Positions 41,663-55,090 of a stretch of 64,000 nt of DNA are shown here, in pieces. A program made the translations under genes and the position numbers. The DNA is from Eledone cirrhosa (taxonomy: Eukaryota). Under the pieces are notes generated by a model. The model did not search any database, was not told the origin of the DNA, and saw nothing but the letters and a program-made list of their open reading frames with translations. The DNA lies in contig OZ024756.1 in the NCBI GenBank assembly GCA_964016885.1, forward strand, positions 21,204,001-21,268,000, written 5' to 3'. The first letter of the stretch is position 1; each line of letters opens with the position of its first letter.

Positions 41663-42229
41663 TGAGTTGAGATGGAGGGTCTGTGGTTTTTCTCACATAT
41701 ATATATATGGCATATATATAAATATATATGGCATGGTATGGTCCCGTAACTCCTGGGGGAGTTTGTTCGTGTAATAATTCCTTGAATTATCGATATTTAT
41801 CTCTCTAGGCTTTATATGATTCTCTTTATTTACCTTTACTATATTTCTGGAGTTCCATGTTCAAGTATTTCTTTTAAGGAAACTTTATTGTCAGCGTCTG
41901 TCGGAGTGTATGGATGTATGGAGTGTACTCCAGGTTGAAGGCACGCATTTTGCCGAGTGCATACACAGTTAGATTTGTAGCTTTTTGTAAACTTTATTAC
42001 AATTGTTTTCTATATCGACCAGCTCGGGTTCGATCATGCGATCGAATCCCGACTTTTAATTGGCACTTCTTCATATATGAGAGTTTGCATGGTTGGTCCC
42101 ATATATATAATATATAATATATATATATATATAATTAGTGGAAAAGTCATCGCCCAGTAAATCATTTAATTTAACTGAAACAAAACATGTAGGTAGAAGC
42201 ATTGCATTGTACTTGATACTATCTAACTA

Positions 42230-42700
42230 GGAATCATGTGTATTAGTCCAATTTGTTGTTTCAATCCCCTGCGCAGACCTTCTGTGCACATATAAGGTAT
42301 TTAAACCGTAAGCTTGCTTTCCAATCATTCCAGCTTTCAAGTTGCTTGTTCTGTTTTTCTTTATCTGATTTGGTTGAGTCTCTTTTGTAATCCCTGTTGA
42401 TTTTTTTGTTATGACAGATAACTTCCCTTTAATATGTCTTCCCAACATTTTCCCATTTCAAGTTTTGATGGTCATTCTTTAATCTCTATGTTTGACTTAC
42501 TTTAATCTTCTAGAGAATGTCTGAGGATTGTTTCAAATAGTTCATTTTGTTTAAAGAAGCATTCACGCTTCTCAAATCACTTAATACCTTATGTCTTTGC
42601 TAAGGTATCTTCTCATAATCTCTTCTTTATTTCTATAACTTTCGCTTTTCCCTTGATGTTAAGCGTCCTAAATTTCTATGTGTTCGTTTTCTTATTCTAA
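42230..42700 (-). pseudogene. Decayed R4/Dong-clade non-LTR retrotransposon ORF fragment
   Basis: Manual translation 'KKRL*EDTLAKT*GIK*FEKRECFFKQNELFET...SNIEIKE*PSKLEMGKCWEDI...NDWKA' resembles the R4-type pre-RT region. Confidence 0.5.
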
Positions 42701-42973
42701 TATTTGGGGTTCTTTTGTCCCTTTCCCTTCAGTATTAATAGATATATTTGTTTCCATGTTACCCTACTTTTAGTGTATTTCCTACTATGTCATTGTTATA
42801 GGTCTGGGATAGGTATTCTTCGTCCTCCTCAGGTGTATATCCGCTCTCTTTGTAGTTTTGTCTCATATTACAACAGCAATTCAGTAGAGATATCTTTACT
42901 ATTCCAATGTTATTATTACAGAAGTGTTCACCAACTTATTATTGCAACATCCCTTGAAACATATGGTAAAGGT

Positions 42974-43111
42974 CAGCGTATAGCTAGAGCGAGGCGAAGG
43001 GGACGGTCAAACCCGTGCAGTACTTTTGGTCTACTGCATTTAATAACCGGAAACAAAGGGAAACAAACTCAAGGAACTCCCGAGATGGCACAAACGCTAG
43101 CTACACCGTTG
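42974..43111. mobile_element. Small TIR element (MITE-like)
   Basis: cagcgtatagctag ... ctagctacaccgttg inverted termini. Confidence 0.5.
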
Positions 43112-43382
43112 GTGAGGGCGATGAGAACATATTCGACTACAAGTAAATTATATTACTTCTTCTTTGGCCGAGTTTACAGTCGCAAATATTTGTTTCGGTT
43201 GCTGAATACAATCAGGGGTCGCTGCTTCTCCTGAAGGTCAATAGTTCTCTTCTAACTCGAGCGGGAGCGCCTTTCCATTGTGAATTTGCATTGATCATCT
43301 GCAAAGCCGCATTGTTCTCAGAACCACTATACGAGTCTTTCGATGGGTGCAGCTGGAACTACTGCCACCCATTGATTTGGCA

Positions 43383-43423
<41 letters not shown>

Positions 43424-43463
43424 GTATTTACGTATTAAAAGAGAATGCTCTATGTAGGCTACA

Positions 43464-43508
<45 letters not shown>

Positions 43509-43516
43509 TGCCAAAT

Positions 43517-43595
<79 letters not shown>

Positions 43596-43635
43596 GTATT
43601 TACGTATTAAAAGAGAATGCTCTATGTAGGCTACA

Positions 43636-43694
<59 letters not shown>

Positions 43695-44289
43695 TGTACA
43701 TACACATATATACACAGACAAACGCATGGTTGGGTCGTCGGCGACTAAATCGGCAACCCCACCAAGTTTAATTGGTGAGGAGGGTGATACTGGGCACCCT
43801 ATAGGACAAAAAACAAAACCTAACAAAGAGCGGAAGAACTCATAAGAGTCAACGGCCATCCCCCAAAATGTGTAAATATGTATATACTGTATGGGTGTGG
43901 GTATGGGTGGGTGTAGGATTGATTGCAAATTATATAAGAGGTCAATAAAGGAGGTTGAAATGACGTGTTTGAAACGCTGGGATATTTTGGGTGATTTATA
44001 CAGGTCAGATTGGTACTGAGCTATATTGGGTGGGCTATCTTTGAATCCTTTAGGTAGCTATATGTTTTTGTGGGTGGATGAGGGACTTAGACATATATCA
44101 CTTATATTCTTTTTCGCATGGCTGATAGTTTGTTGTAGGTCAGCGATCTTTTTTTTCTACTTTTGAAATATAGCTTAATATTTTTTGTATAGTGTCATTG
44201 CCTTAGATATTAATACTTATGGTGGTGGTATTAAGTATATACAATATACAAGTGGAACCCGTTTCCTATACAACAACTACAACGGTACG

Positions 44290-44420
44290 CGATGGGGCCC
44301 ACCCACAGCCCCGGCAGACAACATGGAGAAGGCATTTCCCCGGAGGGCGGGCGGCGAGGGAGACGTGCTGAAAGAGCCACTCCAACTCGAGGGGCCGCCA
44401 GCTCAGCGCCTATGGTGGTG
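44290..44420 (-). pseudogene. C-terminal fragment of an RLE non-LTR retrotransposon (CRE-like)
   Basis: 'RPLELEWLFQHVSLAA/LRGNAFSMLSAG' across a frameshift resembles the 'QRxSxAxQRGNA' motif. Confidence 0.5.
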
Positions 44421-44504
44421 ATGCCAAATACCAATAGAATATTTTCCATTGTTATAAACGTTTTCATAGAATCATTGATACTATCATTACATACCAGTAG
44501 AAGG

Positions 44505-44695
44505 AGATGGATTGGCAGTATCGATACAGCATCAGGCAACTTGCTTTGTGGTATATGATTATGACCCTTTACGTTTTGAGTTCAAATCACGCCGAGGTTG
44601 GCTTTGCTTTTTATCCTTACGGCGTCGATAAAATAAAGTACTAGTAATGCACTGGAATAATTGCTGACCTTGTGCCAAAAGTAGAAACAATTATT
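44505..44695 (+). mobile_element. SINE family A
   Basis: Consensus match. Confidence 0.8.
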
Positions 44696-45149
44696 ACTTT
44701 TCAGTAGTAATATTGTTATATTATGTGCTATCACTGAAATGTAGGATACAATATATTTTATCTGCGTGTTTTAAAGAGCCTGCCAATCGATAAAATGACT
44801 CGCAGAAATATCTTGTCCGTCGTAATATTTTTCGAATAAATAAATTGTTATTGTTGTTGTTGTTGTTGTTGTTGCAGGGTTGTGTTATTCGTTTGGCATT
44901 TATAGCAGAAACGCCCAAATAACCACTGATAATTTGATAAACCTCAGGTTGGGGAGCAAAGATAGCGAAAGGTAACAACAACACAACATATATGCACACA
45001 TTAACCCACATACACTGACGTACACACACACACACTCACGTACACATGCAAACACACACACACACACACACACGTATTTACAAACACACGCCCTCTCACA
45101 CACACATACACACACACAAAATTTAAAATACGTTGTACGTATAAAACAT

Positions 45150-45500
45150 ATCCGATCATAGGCCTGAAAAAATGTGTACGTACTTGGTGGGTTTCAGTAG
45201 CTAGTCCCCTTCAAAGTAGACCTCTTATGCCTCTATACAGAAGACCCAGCAATCCTTATAATGCTTACAAACAAGTTTGGAACTCTTCCTCCTGAACGGC
45301 TCTCAGTATTGTCATCACAGTCAACATGTGTCCTCTTGGCCCCCAAAACGTGGCCCTTTCAGTGGTATCTTTATATTTAGAACAACCAAACGTGAGAAGG
45401 AGTCATATGTGATGAGTAGGAAGCCTAGCGAATCAGAAGAAGACTTTATTTTCTAAGAAACTTTCGATCAGCTTCGACGAAAGACCCGAAGCATTATCAT
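45150..45500 (-). pseudogene. Decayed mariner transposase C-terminus
   Basis: 'WVFCIEA*EVYFEGD*' matches the mariner C-terminal 'W..CI...G.YFEGD' motif. Confidence 0.55.
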
Positions 45501-45738
45501 AAGATAGCTGCCAGATTTGTGTGGCCCACAGATCTGGTCTTATGCGCCGAACTACATCACAAAGACGTCGGAAGACTCCTTTATAACTTCTTTTTCTTAT
45601 CATTTATTTCCCTAGCTATGTACAGAGGTGATAGAACTGGGAGTGGGGGTGGCAGGGGGTGCCCTCCTCCCCCCATGACTATATTTTTCTCCCCAAACTA
45701 CCAAAACAAAAATCTATTTGTATATGCGCTACAATTTA

Positions 45739-45905
45739 CCGTATTTCCCGGCGTCGAAGACGCTACTTTTTTCCTAAAATAAGTCTCAAAAATCTACCAT
45801 GCGTCCTGGAGTCCGAAGGTTGTTTATTATTCTTTTCAAATTTTTGGTTCTCAAAATTAGGGTTTGTCCTCGAGGACGAAGCGTTTTCGGCGCCGGGAAA
45901 TACGG
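45739..45905. mobile_element. 167-bp pogo/Tigger-like MITE with TA TSD
   Basis: TA|ccgtatttcccggcgtcgaagacgc ... gcgttttcggcgccgggaaatacgg|TA. Confidence 0.85.
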
Positions 45906-46649
45906 TATGCACATGTTATGTTTATCGCACATCGAAGTTTTTTTTTTATATCTTGGTTAATATTTGATAATAACAGCAGCTAAACTAATCACTACAACTA
46001 AATTGACCAAATTTGTAAACCCCCCCCCTCCCTCCTCCACACACACACCAATTCAGAAATTCTTCCACCGCCCCAGATGTATAAATCTGAAATATAAAGA
46101 AGGTGTACAAAGGAATAAGGTATGATACACTATTTACAAAGATGAGAATAAGAAGTTTTTAGGAATGGAATGAAGTGGTTCCTTATTGAGAATATAAGGC
46201 TAGTGAGGCCACCGAGGGTTATAGTGAAAAACTATCATCCTTTTTATGGCGGCCTGTAAAGGGACCACTTTATGATAGGTCACCTTATATTTTATTTATA
46301 AATTTTGAAATATATTTTTTTAAATGCTAATAAAAATGGTAGATTTTACCAGAAAAGGTTTGTTGATTACTTAACATCATCTTTTAAATATATTTTTTGT
46401 CCTTGTGGCTTCATGCTGATGACCAGACTTTCCATGATGGCGCTTTTGTAATATATTTTAACTAAAAATGTGTGTATAGGTGCAACGCTTATTGTGTTTT
46501 GTTCATTGGCTTTTGTCATTCTTCTTTTTCGCCTTCCTCTTCTTCTTCTTCTTCTTCTTCTTCTTTGCCTTCTTCTTCTCCTCCTCGCCCTTCTTCTTCC
46601 ATAGTAATCCCTAAATAAATGTACAAAAATATAGAGCAAGTAGTTTATC

Positions 46650-46855
46650 TTCTTCTTCCACTTATTTCTGGGCGAGTCATGAGAGCAGAGTCCTTAAACA
46701 TTCCTTCAGTCGGGTCCTGCCGGAAGCAACCGTCTCCAATTGATCTGGCTGGATCCCCTAGTGAGACCAGCCGACCTCATGAATGTTATCTAACGATTTC
46801 ACTGGGGGTTTATCCCTGGGACTCCTGTCTGTTGGTTTCGCCCGTAACTGCTAGT
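46650..46855 (-). pseudogene. RTE-clade LINE 3' end
   Basis: 'AKPTDRSPRDKPPVKSLDNIHEVGWSH*GIQPDQLETVA' resembles the RTE 'GRRPRGRP..W.D' C-terminus; (gaa)n tail. Confidence 0.6.
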
Positions 46856-48157
46856 AAAATTAGAATATCAATATTACCATACAAAGTAGCCTGGTGCAGC
46901 TTTCTAGAAGTATTTCATTTTATTTTTAGGATAGTTACTGGTCTAGGGGATTAAGGGGCAATTCTGATATATATTTACATACATAGTAGCATGACACATA
47001 GATTGACATGGACATTTGATAGCGGTCACTGTAAGATACAGATCTAAAGTAGAGGGCGATGTTTTTGAAATGTTTTAATTAACATATATAATGACATGAT
47101 ACCTGCATTAAGATGAACATTTGATAGCAAACACAGTAAGAGACGCAAGTCGTTAATACAATTAATGACCATACTATTAACATAGTAATATAACTAACTT
47201 TAATACATTAACAGTGGCTAGCTAATGTTAATTATATACAGTCGGTCTCATTAGAATTCAGGATACTTATAGCAATAAAGTAGAAGGGTTGGGTTGAGTA
47301 TATACATTATTATTGAGTGTATACATTATTGGGGGTATACATTAACAAGGTGCATATAATGAAATTATGCCTTGTTGGGATAGCGAGATACCTTATTTAG
47401 CCCTAGGTTAACCGTAACAGAGCAGACATATGATTAACAAGGTGCAGACATTGAAAATATGTCTTGTTGGAACTCACAGCGAGATACAGTAGCCATTATT
47501 ATTTAGCCCTAGGTTCAGCGGATTGGCAGTATCGGTAGAGCGTCGGACAACATACTTCGCCGCATAGAGTTACGCACCTAAGAAGAAGAAGAAGAAGATG
47601 ATCTTCTTCTTCTTCTTCTAGATATGAACCATATCTTTGCATCATTGATTCTTTTTTGCATGGTATGTGGACGTAGTAGAGAACAAGACAACTTTCTTCC
47701 TTTTTTAGTTTTAAATCCGCTCTGGCATAGCAAATATATGATAAAGACAATATAGAAATATAACTTTTCAATCATAGTATATCAAGGTCTACATTACTAA
47801 AATGTGTTCTTCCATTTTCAAGACGGGAGAGTGATTTCAGAGAGCGATTTGGTTGCTATTTCTAGCAAATCAAGTGGTCACATTTTTGAGGCTCCTTAGC
47901 TGGGTGGTTGATAATCGTCGTTGACACATAATATGTAAAGTATTCAGGTAAAAGAGAGGGGAGGTGCCGTCGTTATATATCTTTATTATGATGTACGGTA
48001 ACATGAGAAGTATATTGAGATGTTTGATAGAGGTCACAGTTAAATACGGAAGTCTATATAGTAGTTAATATGGATTTCTTACATAGCAACTTACTTAAAC
48101 TTACAAGGCCCCCGCCTGCATCTTGAGGTGCATGAGGCAGTTAAAGTGCGGTATTAT

Positions 48158-48545
48158 TGGATTGGCAGTATCAGTAGAGCATCGGACACCATGCTTTGCA
48201 GCATAGAGTTATGGCCCTTTACGTTCTGAGTTCAAAACCTGCCGAGGTTAACTTTGCCTTTCATCCTTACGGGGTCGATATAATAAAGTACCAGTAATGC
48301 ACTGGGATAATTGCTGGCCTTGTGCCAAAAGTAGAAATAATTATTTAAATTATCGCGGTGAATTGGCAGTATCAGTATAGCGTCGGACACCATGCTTTGC
48401 AGCATAGAGTTATGGCCCTTTGCGTTCTGAGTTCAAAACCTGCCGAGGTTAACTTTGCCTTTCATCCTTATGGGGTCGATAAAATAAAGCACCAGTAATG
48501 CACTGGAGTAATTGCTGGCCTTGTGCCAAAAATAGAAACAATTAT
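48158..48545 (+). mobile_element. Two tandem SINE family A copies
   Basis: Near-identical adjacent copies. Confidence 0.85.
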
Positions 48546-49384
48546 TATAGAAGAACCCCTTCGTTTTCAGTGGAATACATTTTTTCCTCAGTGTTTTCAA
48601 GTGCTATCAGCTAATCTGACCCCCGAGATGCTCACAATCCACTTTTTTCCGGATAAACGGAGAAACTGGGGAGGATGATTCCCACTCAATCAAACCTCTC
48701 CTCCCTAACTCTAGATTTTATTTTCATGAGTTATCAATGAATATGACCTCAAAACCAGTCGGAAACGATATTAGCTTTGTAGAAAACGGAAGGATAAGGG
48801 GCGGAAATATCATAGGAGTTTCGATAATCTAGCCCCCCCCCCCACACACACACACACATACACACATACACACACTCGCGTTTTGTGGGAAATATTTATT
48901 TTTTTCGGCTTTTTCGTGTGCTATCAACTAATCTGAAGATGCTCGCAATCGAACGTTTTCCCGGATTAGTGTTTTAGGGCTTTCGTTTTCTGGAGTAAAA
49001 AAGTCGATTGCGAGCACCTTCGAGGTCATTTTTGTTGATAGCACACGAAAATACCGGGTGGGATGTGGATCTGCGAAACTCCGATGGTTTTTTCCTCCCC
49101 CTTTCTCCCTCCTTTTTCTACAAAGCTAATCGTTTCCGACCTGGTTTGGATGTTATGTTCGTCGATAACACGCGAAAAAAATCGGTGAGAAAACTCCGAG
49201 GAGGTGTGTATCCGGGGTACGACGTACATCTACAACGAACCCTCCATTTTCCTCGAAATAAAGTCGATTGCCAGCAAATTGGAGGTTAGATTAGCATACG
49301 AAAAACTGAAGAAAAAAATTTCACACTGAAATCGAGGTGGGTGTTTTATAAATTTACCCAAAGTGCACCAATGACCTCGGTCAG

Positions 49385-49640
49385 TTGCATCTATCAATAT
49401 ATCGTTCCAAATTGTATTAACTGGTTTCAGTTCTCTCTCAATTGTCTGCTGTTAGTTCATCTTGGGATGTCCTCTTCGTCTCTTTCCATGGGATACCAAA
49501 TACAGAACCGGGTTTACATGTCTCTCCCATGGGATTCGTGCAACATGTCCCGACCAACCAAGTCGACACTTCCAGATGATGTTAGATATACGGTGTTGAT
49601 GGTTCGCTGATGGATTTCTTTGTTGGTGATGAAGTCACCT
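49385..49640 (-). pseudogene. RTE-clade LINE 3' end
   Basis: 'DFITNKEIHQRT...CRLGWSGHVARIPWERHVNPVL...GKRRRGHPKMN*QQTIEREL'. Confidence 0.75.
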
Positions 49641-50775
49641 TAAATTTCTGAGAAGATTTCATGCCTTAAATTTCTGAGAAGAACACAGCTGATTATATCA
49701 GCCCCAGTACTTTATTTTATAGACTGCGGAATGTATAAAAAGCGAAGTAAACGTTGATGGAATTTAACCTTAAAATTTAAAGAACTGAAATATATACCAC
49801 AAAACATTTTGTTTAACTCGTTAACGATTCCACCACGCAGAATGTAGTTAATATTGATTTTCAATTCAGACACGGAGCCATCATTATTTTGGGAGTAGGG
49901 ATTTAAATCAACCCCAGTACTTGAATTTTATCGAACGTGGGAAGGATGAAAGGCTAACTTGACCTCGACGGGATTTGAACTCAGAACGTACGGAGCCAGA
50001 ATAAATACTGCAATGGCGTTTTATCCGACAATCTACCAATTCCGCGAACCCTCAACCTTTCAATGTATGTGTATGTATATATGATCCCGTAACTCCTGAT
50101 AGAATCATAGGGTGGGGAGGCGGCGCTCTATTGACATACGGCGTTTCTAGGGCATCTTTTAAACCTGGCGGAACCCATCTCTTGTCCAGATCTTACTACA
50201 GCAGATTTCTTCCAGAGAAGGATAGAAAGTGAGAGAAAGGAAGTGAGAAAGACATATAGAGAGGAAGAATCAACACCCAGTACCAGACTGGTTATTTTTT
50301 TATCGACCGCGAATGTATGAACGGCGAAGTTAACCTCGACGGAATTTGAACTCAGAACGTAGAGCTAGAACAGATGCCACAATGGCATTTTATCCGATGA
50401 TCTATCAATTCTGCCTACCCACCACACGTTTAACGTAATTCATATTAAAACACTAACAAAAGAACTAAGCGTGTTAATTTTATATACTTGCACTTAATAG
50501 CTTCCTAGATGTTTGGGGCTTATTCTTCTCATTTAAGATATTGTACAGCCCTATAGTAAAGTTTTTTTTTGTTAAATGCCTTTATTATCATATTAAGTAA
50601 CAGGGTAGATACATTGAAATGTGGTCTGATAAAGCTCACATATAGATATAGAGGTTAATAACACATCTAATATAGTTCAGATGAAAACAATAACAATAGA
50701 GCATAGAGGGTTTAAATATATATACTTGATCTTCGTAGTTTTCAAGATAATTGCTGATACAGGATATGTACAGAC

Positions 50776-50835
<60 letters not shown>

Positions 50836-51626
50836 GGTGGTGCTATTAACCTGCTGGTTCTTGTTTTGAAATACCGAAATAAAGACATGGGGCTATATTG
50901 AAAAATAAATCAATGTACGCAGCTGTATTTTCTCTTTGCTAAGATTTCAGAGAGTAAGATAACAGAGCTCTTATTGCTGTATAACCTAGACATTCAACTC
51001 GTGTCGTAGGTTCATTCACTGCTCAGTGTAACCCTAGGTGTGGTTTAGACATATGACACCTCTAACTTGCAATGATGTTTTCCTCAATGCTTTGGAAGCC
51101 CCCATTCTCACCCACGTGTTTTCCTGTCCTGCAAATGTCGACTTTCAAATGTTCAAGCTGAACATAAATCGCATTGATCTCACCAATATGGAAGGGTTTG
51201 CGAAGACAAAGCTATAAAAGAAAACACTTTAATCTGGGTTTACACTACATAACCTATTCTGAGTTAAAAATGTATGTATGGACCCGTAAATTCTGGCGGA
51301 GTTCATCCCTCCCGAGGTCTGAACAGCCATTTTTTCCAGAGAATGAGAGATACTGATAGAAAGGAAGTGAGAAAATAATATATGGGGAAAAGGGATTCTA
51401 GTATTGAACTAATACGTCTTTCATTGACATTGAAAGATAAAAGGCAAAGTTGATCTCGGCGGGATTTGACCTCTGAGCGCATTCTGCATGCATGATTCCG
51501 TAACTCCTGCCGGAAGCGTAGGGACGCCATATTGACATACTGCATTTCTATACTATTTTAAAACCTGGCGGAATCCAATCCTCTCCAGGTCTGATTACAG
51601 CAGATTTCTTCCAGAGAAGGATAGAG

Positions 51627-52190
51627 AGTGGGAAATAAATATAGAGGAAAAATCGACCCCAGTACTAGACTGGTACTAGTGAGAGAATGGAAGGGGGAAA
51701 TAAATATAAAGGAAAAATCGACCCCAGTACTAGACTGGTACTAGTGAGAGAATGGAAGGGGGAAATAAATATAAAGGAAGAATCAACCTCAGTACTAGAC
51801 TGGTACTAGTGAGAGAATGGAAGGGGGAAATAAATATAAAGGAAAAATCGACCCCAGTACTAGACTGGTACTAGTGAGAGAATGGAAGGGGGAAATAAAT
51901 ATAAAGGAAAAATCGACCCCAGTACTAGACTGGTACTAGTGAGAGAATGGAAGGGGGAAATAAATATAAAGGAAAAATCGACCCCAGTACTAGACTGGTA
52001 CTAGTGAGAGAATGGAAGGGGGAAATAAATATAAAGGAAGAATCAACCCCAGTACTAGACTGGTACTAGTGAGAGAATGGAAGGGGGAAATAAATATAAA
52101 GGAAGAATCAACCCCAGTACTAGACTGGTACTAGTGAGAGAATGGAAGTGGGAAATAAATATAGAGGAAGAATCAACCTCAGTACTAGAC
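51627..52190. repeat. 65-bp tandem array (~8.5 copies) inside a SINE variant
   Basis: Units start at 51678, 51743 ... 52133; the SINE resumes on both sides. Confidence 0.9.
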
Positions 52191-53145
52191 AAGCACTTTT
52201 TTTATCGACCTCGGTGGGATTTGAACTCAGAGTGCTAAGAGTCGGAACAAATATCGCAAAGCATTCTATCCGACGTTATCTAACAACTCTGTCAATTCGC
52301 TCCCATCTTCTCATTTAACAATAAGACATTGAAAAAGGAAAAAGGCAACAATGAGATATAAATAAATTAATTATCACAGTCAATGATGCTCATAAAAAAA
52401 ATAGAACTGTCGATGGTGTTGAACACAACAGAGACGGGTAAAAATCCCTGAAGAGTTACATTGTTGTTATTGGGTCATCAAGTATAAAATTTGTAGAAAT
52501 TTGTTTTTTTCTAAAAATGTCATACTTGACGACCCAATATTTAGCCAAATGTCAGTCTCGAATGAACGGAGATATGATGGTGTCGCAACTGTGAGTATCT
52601 TGTTTATTTGTTTTGTTTTTTGTATATTAGAAACGTCGTTGTCCAAGTGTATCTATCTCTATTGAAGAAGTTTTCGGGGTAATTTAAGGGAGATTTAGCT
52701 TCTGATTCTAAAGTAACTGAACTACCCTTTAGTCTCCTACCTCTGGCTTGTGTTGGGATCAGTTTAAGTATGTTTCAGTGGTATTCGATTTTTCCCCGGA
52801 ATATATATTTCAATTTTTTATGCTTTATTCATTTATGTTGTTAATAATTTTGCAAAGTACATAAACATCATCAAAATAGGTCGTCTCCCACCTGTTATAC
52901 TGTATATATAGGTCTTACCTCCCTAATATAATATATAGGTCCCCTTCCTATTATAATATAGATCTCATCTCCTTATTATAATATAATATATAGGACCCCT
53001 CCCTATTATAATATAGATCTCCTTTCAAAAAATTGATGTCGATATAATCGACTTACTCCCCACATTCTTTATGCTTTGTACCTAAATCAAAAACCATTAT
53101 ATACAAGTATGAGTTTTAAAACAAGGTAAACAATTTTAAGTTTAA

Positions 53146-53268
53146 GAAGTCGAAGCGACAGAAAGGAATATTGGCAATTTAAGAACCAAAGAGGCCATTA
53201 TCATCAACCGGGGAAGACCACAAATAAATAATAGTTTGGAAATGCAACAGGCAGTCTGGCTGCTATAG
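53146..53268 (+). pseudogene. Penelope-like GIY-YIG endonuclease C-terminus (5'-truncated PLE)
   Basis: 'EVEATERNIGNLRTKEAIIINRGRPQINNSLEMQQAVWLL*' fits the PLE 'LxxKEAxxIxxxxPxIN' motif. Confidence 0.65.
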
Positions 53269-53354
53269 GGATTTGATGCATGCGTATTTCAGAAACCTAG
53301 GCTAGTTAAGGACAAAACGTCCATCGTCCGTCTTGTTTTGAACTGTTTAAGCCC

Positions 53355-53394
53355 AACATTTGAAAAGGGGGAATACGTCCAGAAATATCATGTT
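53355..53394 (+). ncRNA. Minimal hammerhead (UUGAAAA core) in the PLE 3' UTR/pLTR
   Basis: AACAU UUGAAAA GGGGG-AAUACG-UCCA GAA AUAU C^ AUGUU; perfect 5-bp stem I. Confidence 0.65.
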
Positions 53395-54414
53395 AAAATA
53401 CACTGTTTTAGTTGTCATCATTTGCCATTCGTATTTTTCTACCACGATGTACCGGCTTTTTTAAAATTATCGGTCATTTATTACATATTTCTCTAAGCTT
53501 TGTATAAACTGTACTATTCTAAGAAATAGATTAAAAAACAGTCTTCAATCGAGACACGTCTGTAATTATTTTGTTTCATCTCCAGTGCATCACGAAGTTA
53601 AAAAGTCTGAGAACCACTGGATATATAATTTTCTCAAAAACCGTTGTGTCCTTCCGGCTATGTTAGAGATCATTTGAAAAATAAATTATTCTGTAACTAG
53701 TGCAATCAGATTGCCGAGGACGGTGTATTTGGATACACTTGTATCAGGTCATATTCCTGTAATAACACTCTTTTAATTTACTCCAGTTCTTCCTTTTAAC
53801 TGCAAACAGAAACCCCTAAGATAAAATATAAAGTAGTTTCAGGGAATTTACTCGAACCCTCTTTTCCTATCGGATTATTCGGATGACATTGAAAGTGAGG
53901 GGTGTCAATCACTATTAGCTAAGCAATTCTAGTGAAATGGGTTTTGAGTAGGTTTCGAAGGAAAAATGGGGTTTTGAAGAGCAAAAAACAAATAAACGAA
54001 TAATTAGATATATAAAATAAATGTATAAGTAAAAAGGGAGAAGTTATTCCTTTCGTGGGGTGTTTTTATTTTCAACAAAGTTTCGGAATCCAACTTTTTG
54101 AGTATCTACAAAATTCCTGGTTTTAATGAAATTGTAAGTTTATAAAGAAAACACAAGACACTGCTATCTTATCTTTGTGGTGTGGATTATTGAATGTTCT
54201 TGAATTAGTCATTAGTCCACTCATCTAAGTTCGTTTCTCGATGACAGATGTCTTCTGGTCCTTTTTAAGTATGTTTTATTTCATCCCTTTTATTTTTTTT
54301 TGGGGGGGGGGGGGTTATGTTGGTCTGTATGCTTGATGTTAGCTATTCCAATTAGAATCATCACATGGGTGCATTGTTTTATAAAGTTATTTTTTATTAT
54401 ATATATTTTTATAG

Positions 54415-55090
54415 AGGGCGGTGGATTTGCAGTATCGGTAGAGGGCCAGGCGCCATGCTTTGCAGCATAGTTACGGCCCTTTATAATATGAGTTCAAATC
54501 CCGCCGAGGTTAACGTTGTCTTTCATCCTTAGGGGGTCGATAAAATAAAGTACCAATAATACACTTGGATAATCGCTGGTCTTGTGGCAAAAGTAGAAAC
54601 ACTTATATATATTTTTATATTATTTTAATTGGCAGAATCGTTAGAGCGTCAGACAAAATACTTTTCGGTCATTATTATGGGTTCTTACGGTCTGAGTTCA
54701 AATCCCACGAAGATCAACTTTGCTTTAATTTTCATCTTTGCATGTATGGGCCCTTAACTCCCGAGGGATTCGTAGGGGCACCATATTGATACACGGCGTT
54801 TCTACGGCATTTTAAAACCTGGCGGAGCCCACTTCCTTTCCAGGTCTGAAAACAGAAGATTTCTTCCAGAGAAATATAGAAAGTGTGTGTGTGAGAGAGA
54901 GAGAGAGAGAGAAAGTTAGATATATAGAGGAAGAATCGACACCAGTACTAGACTGGTACTTTGTTATCGACCTCGAATAGATGAAAGGCAAAGTTGACCT
55001 CGGTGGGATTTGAACTCAGGGAGTAGAGAACCGGAACGAATACCGTAAAGCATTCTATCAGACGTTCCAACGACTCTGCCAATTCGCCAC
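54415..55090. mobile_element. SINE family A copy, a fragment, and a reverse SINE variant
   Basis: Consensus matches. Confidence 0.75.

Noticed and set aside
42704-43234. 176-aa ORF on the + strand
   Set aside because: It spans the antisense of a decayed LINE region, a MITE and a dispersed repeat, with no recognisable domain
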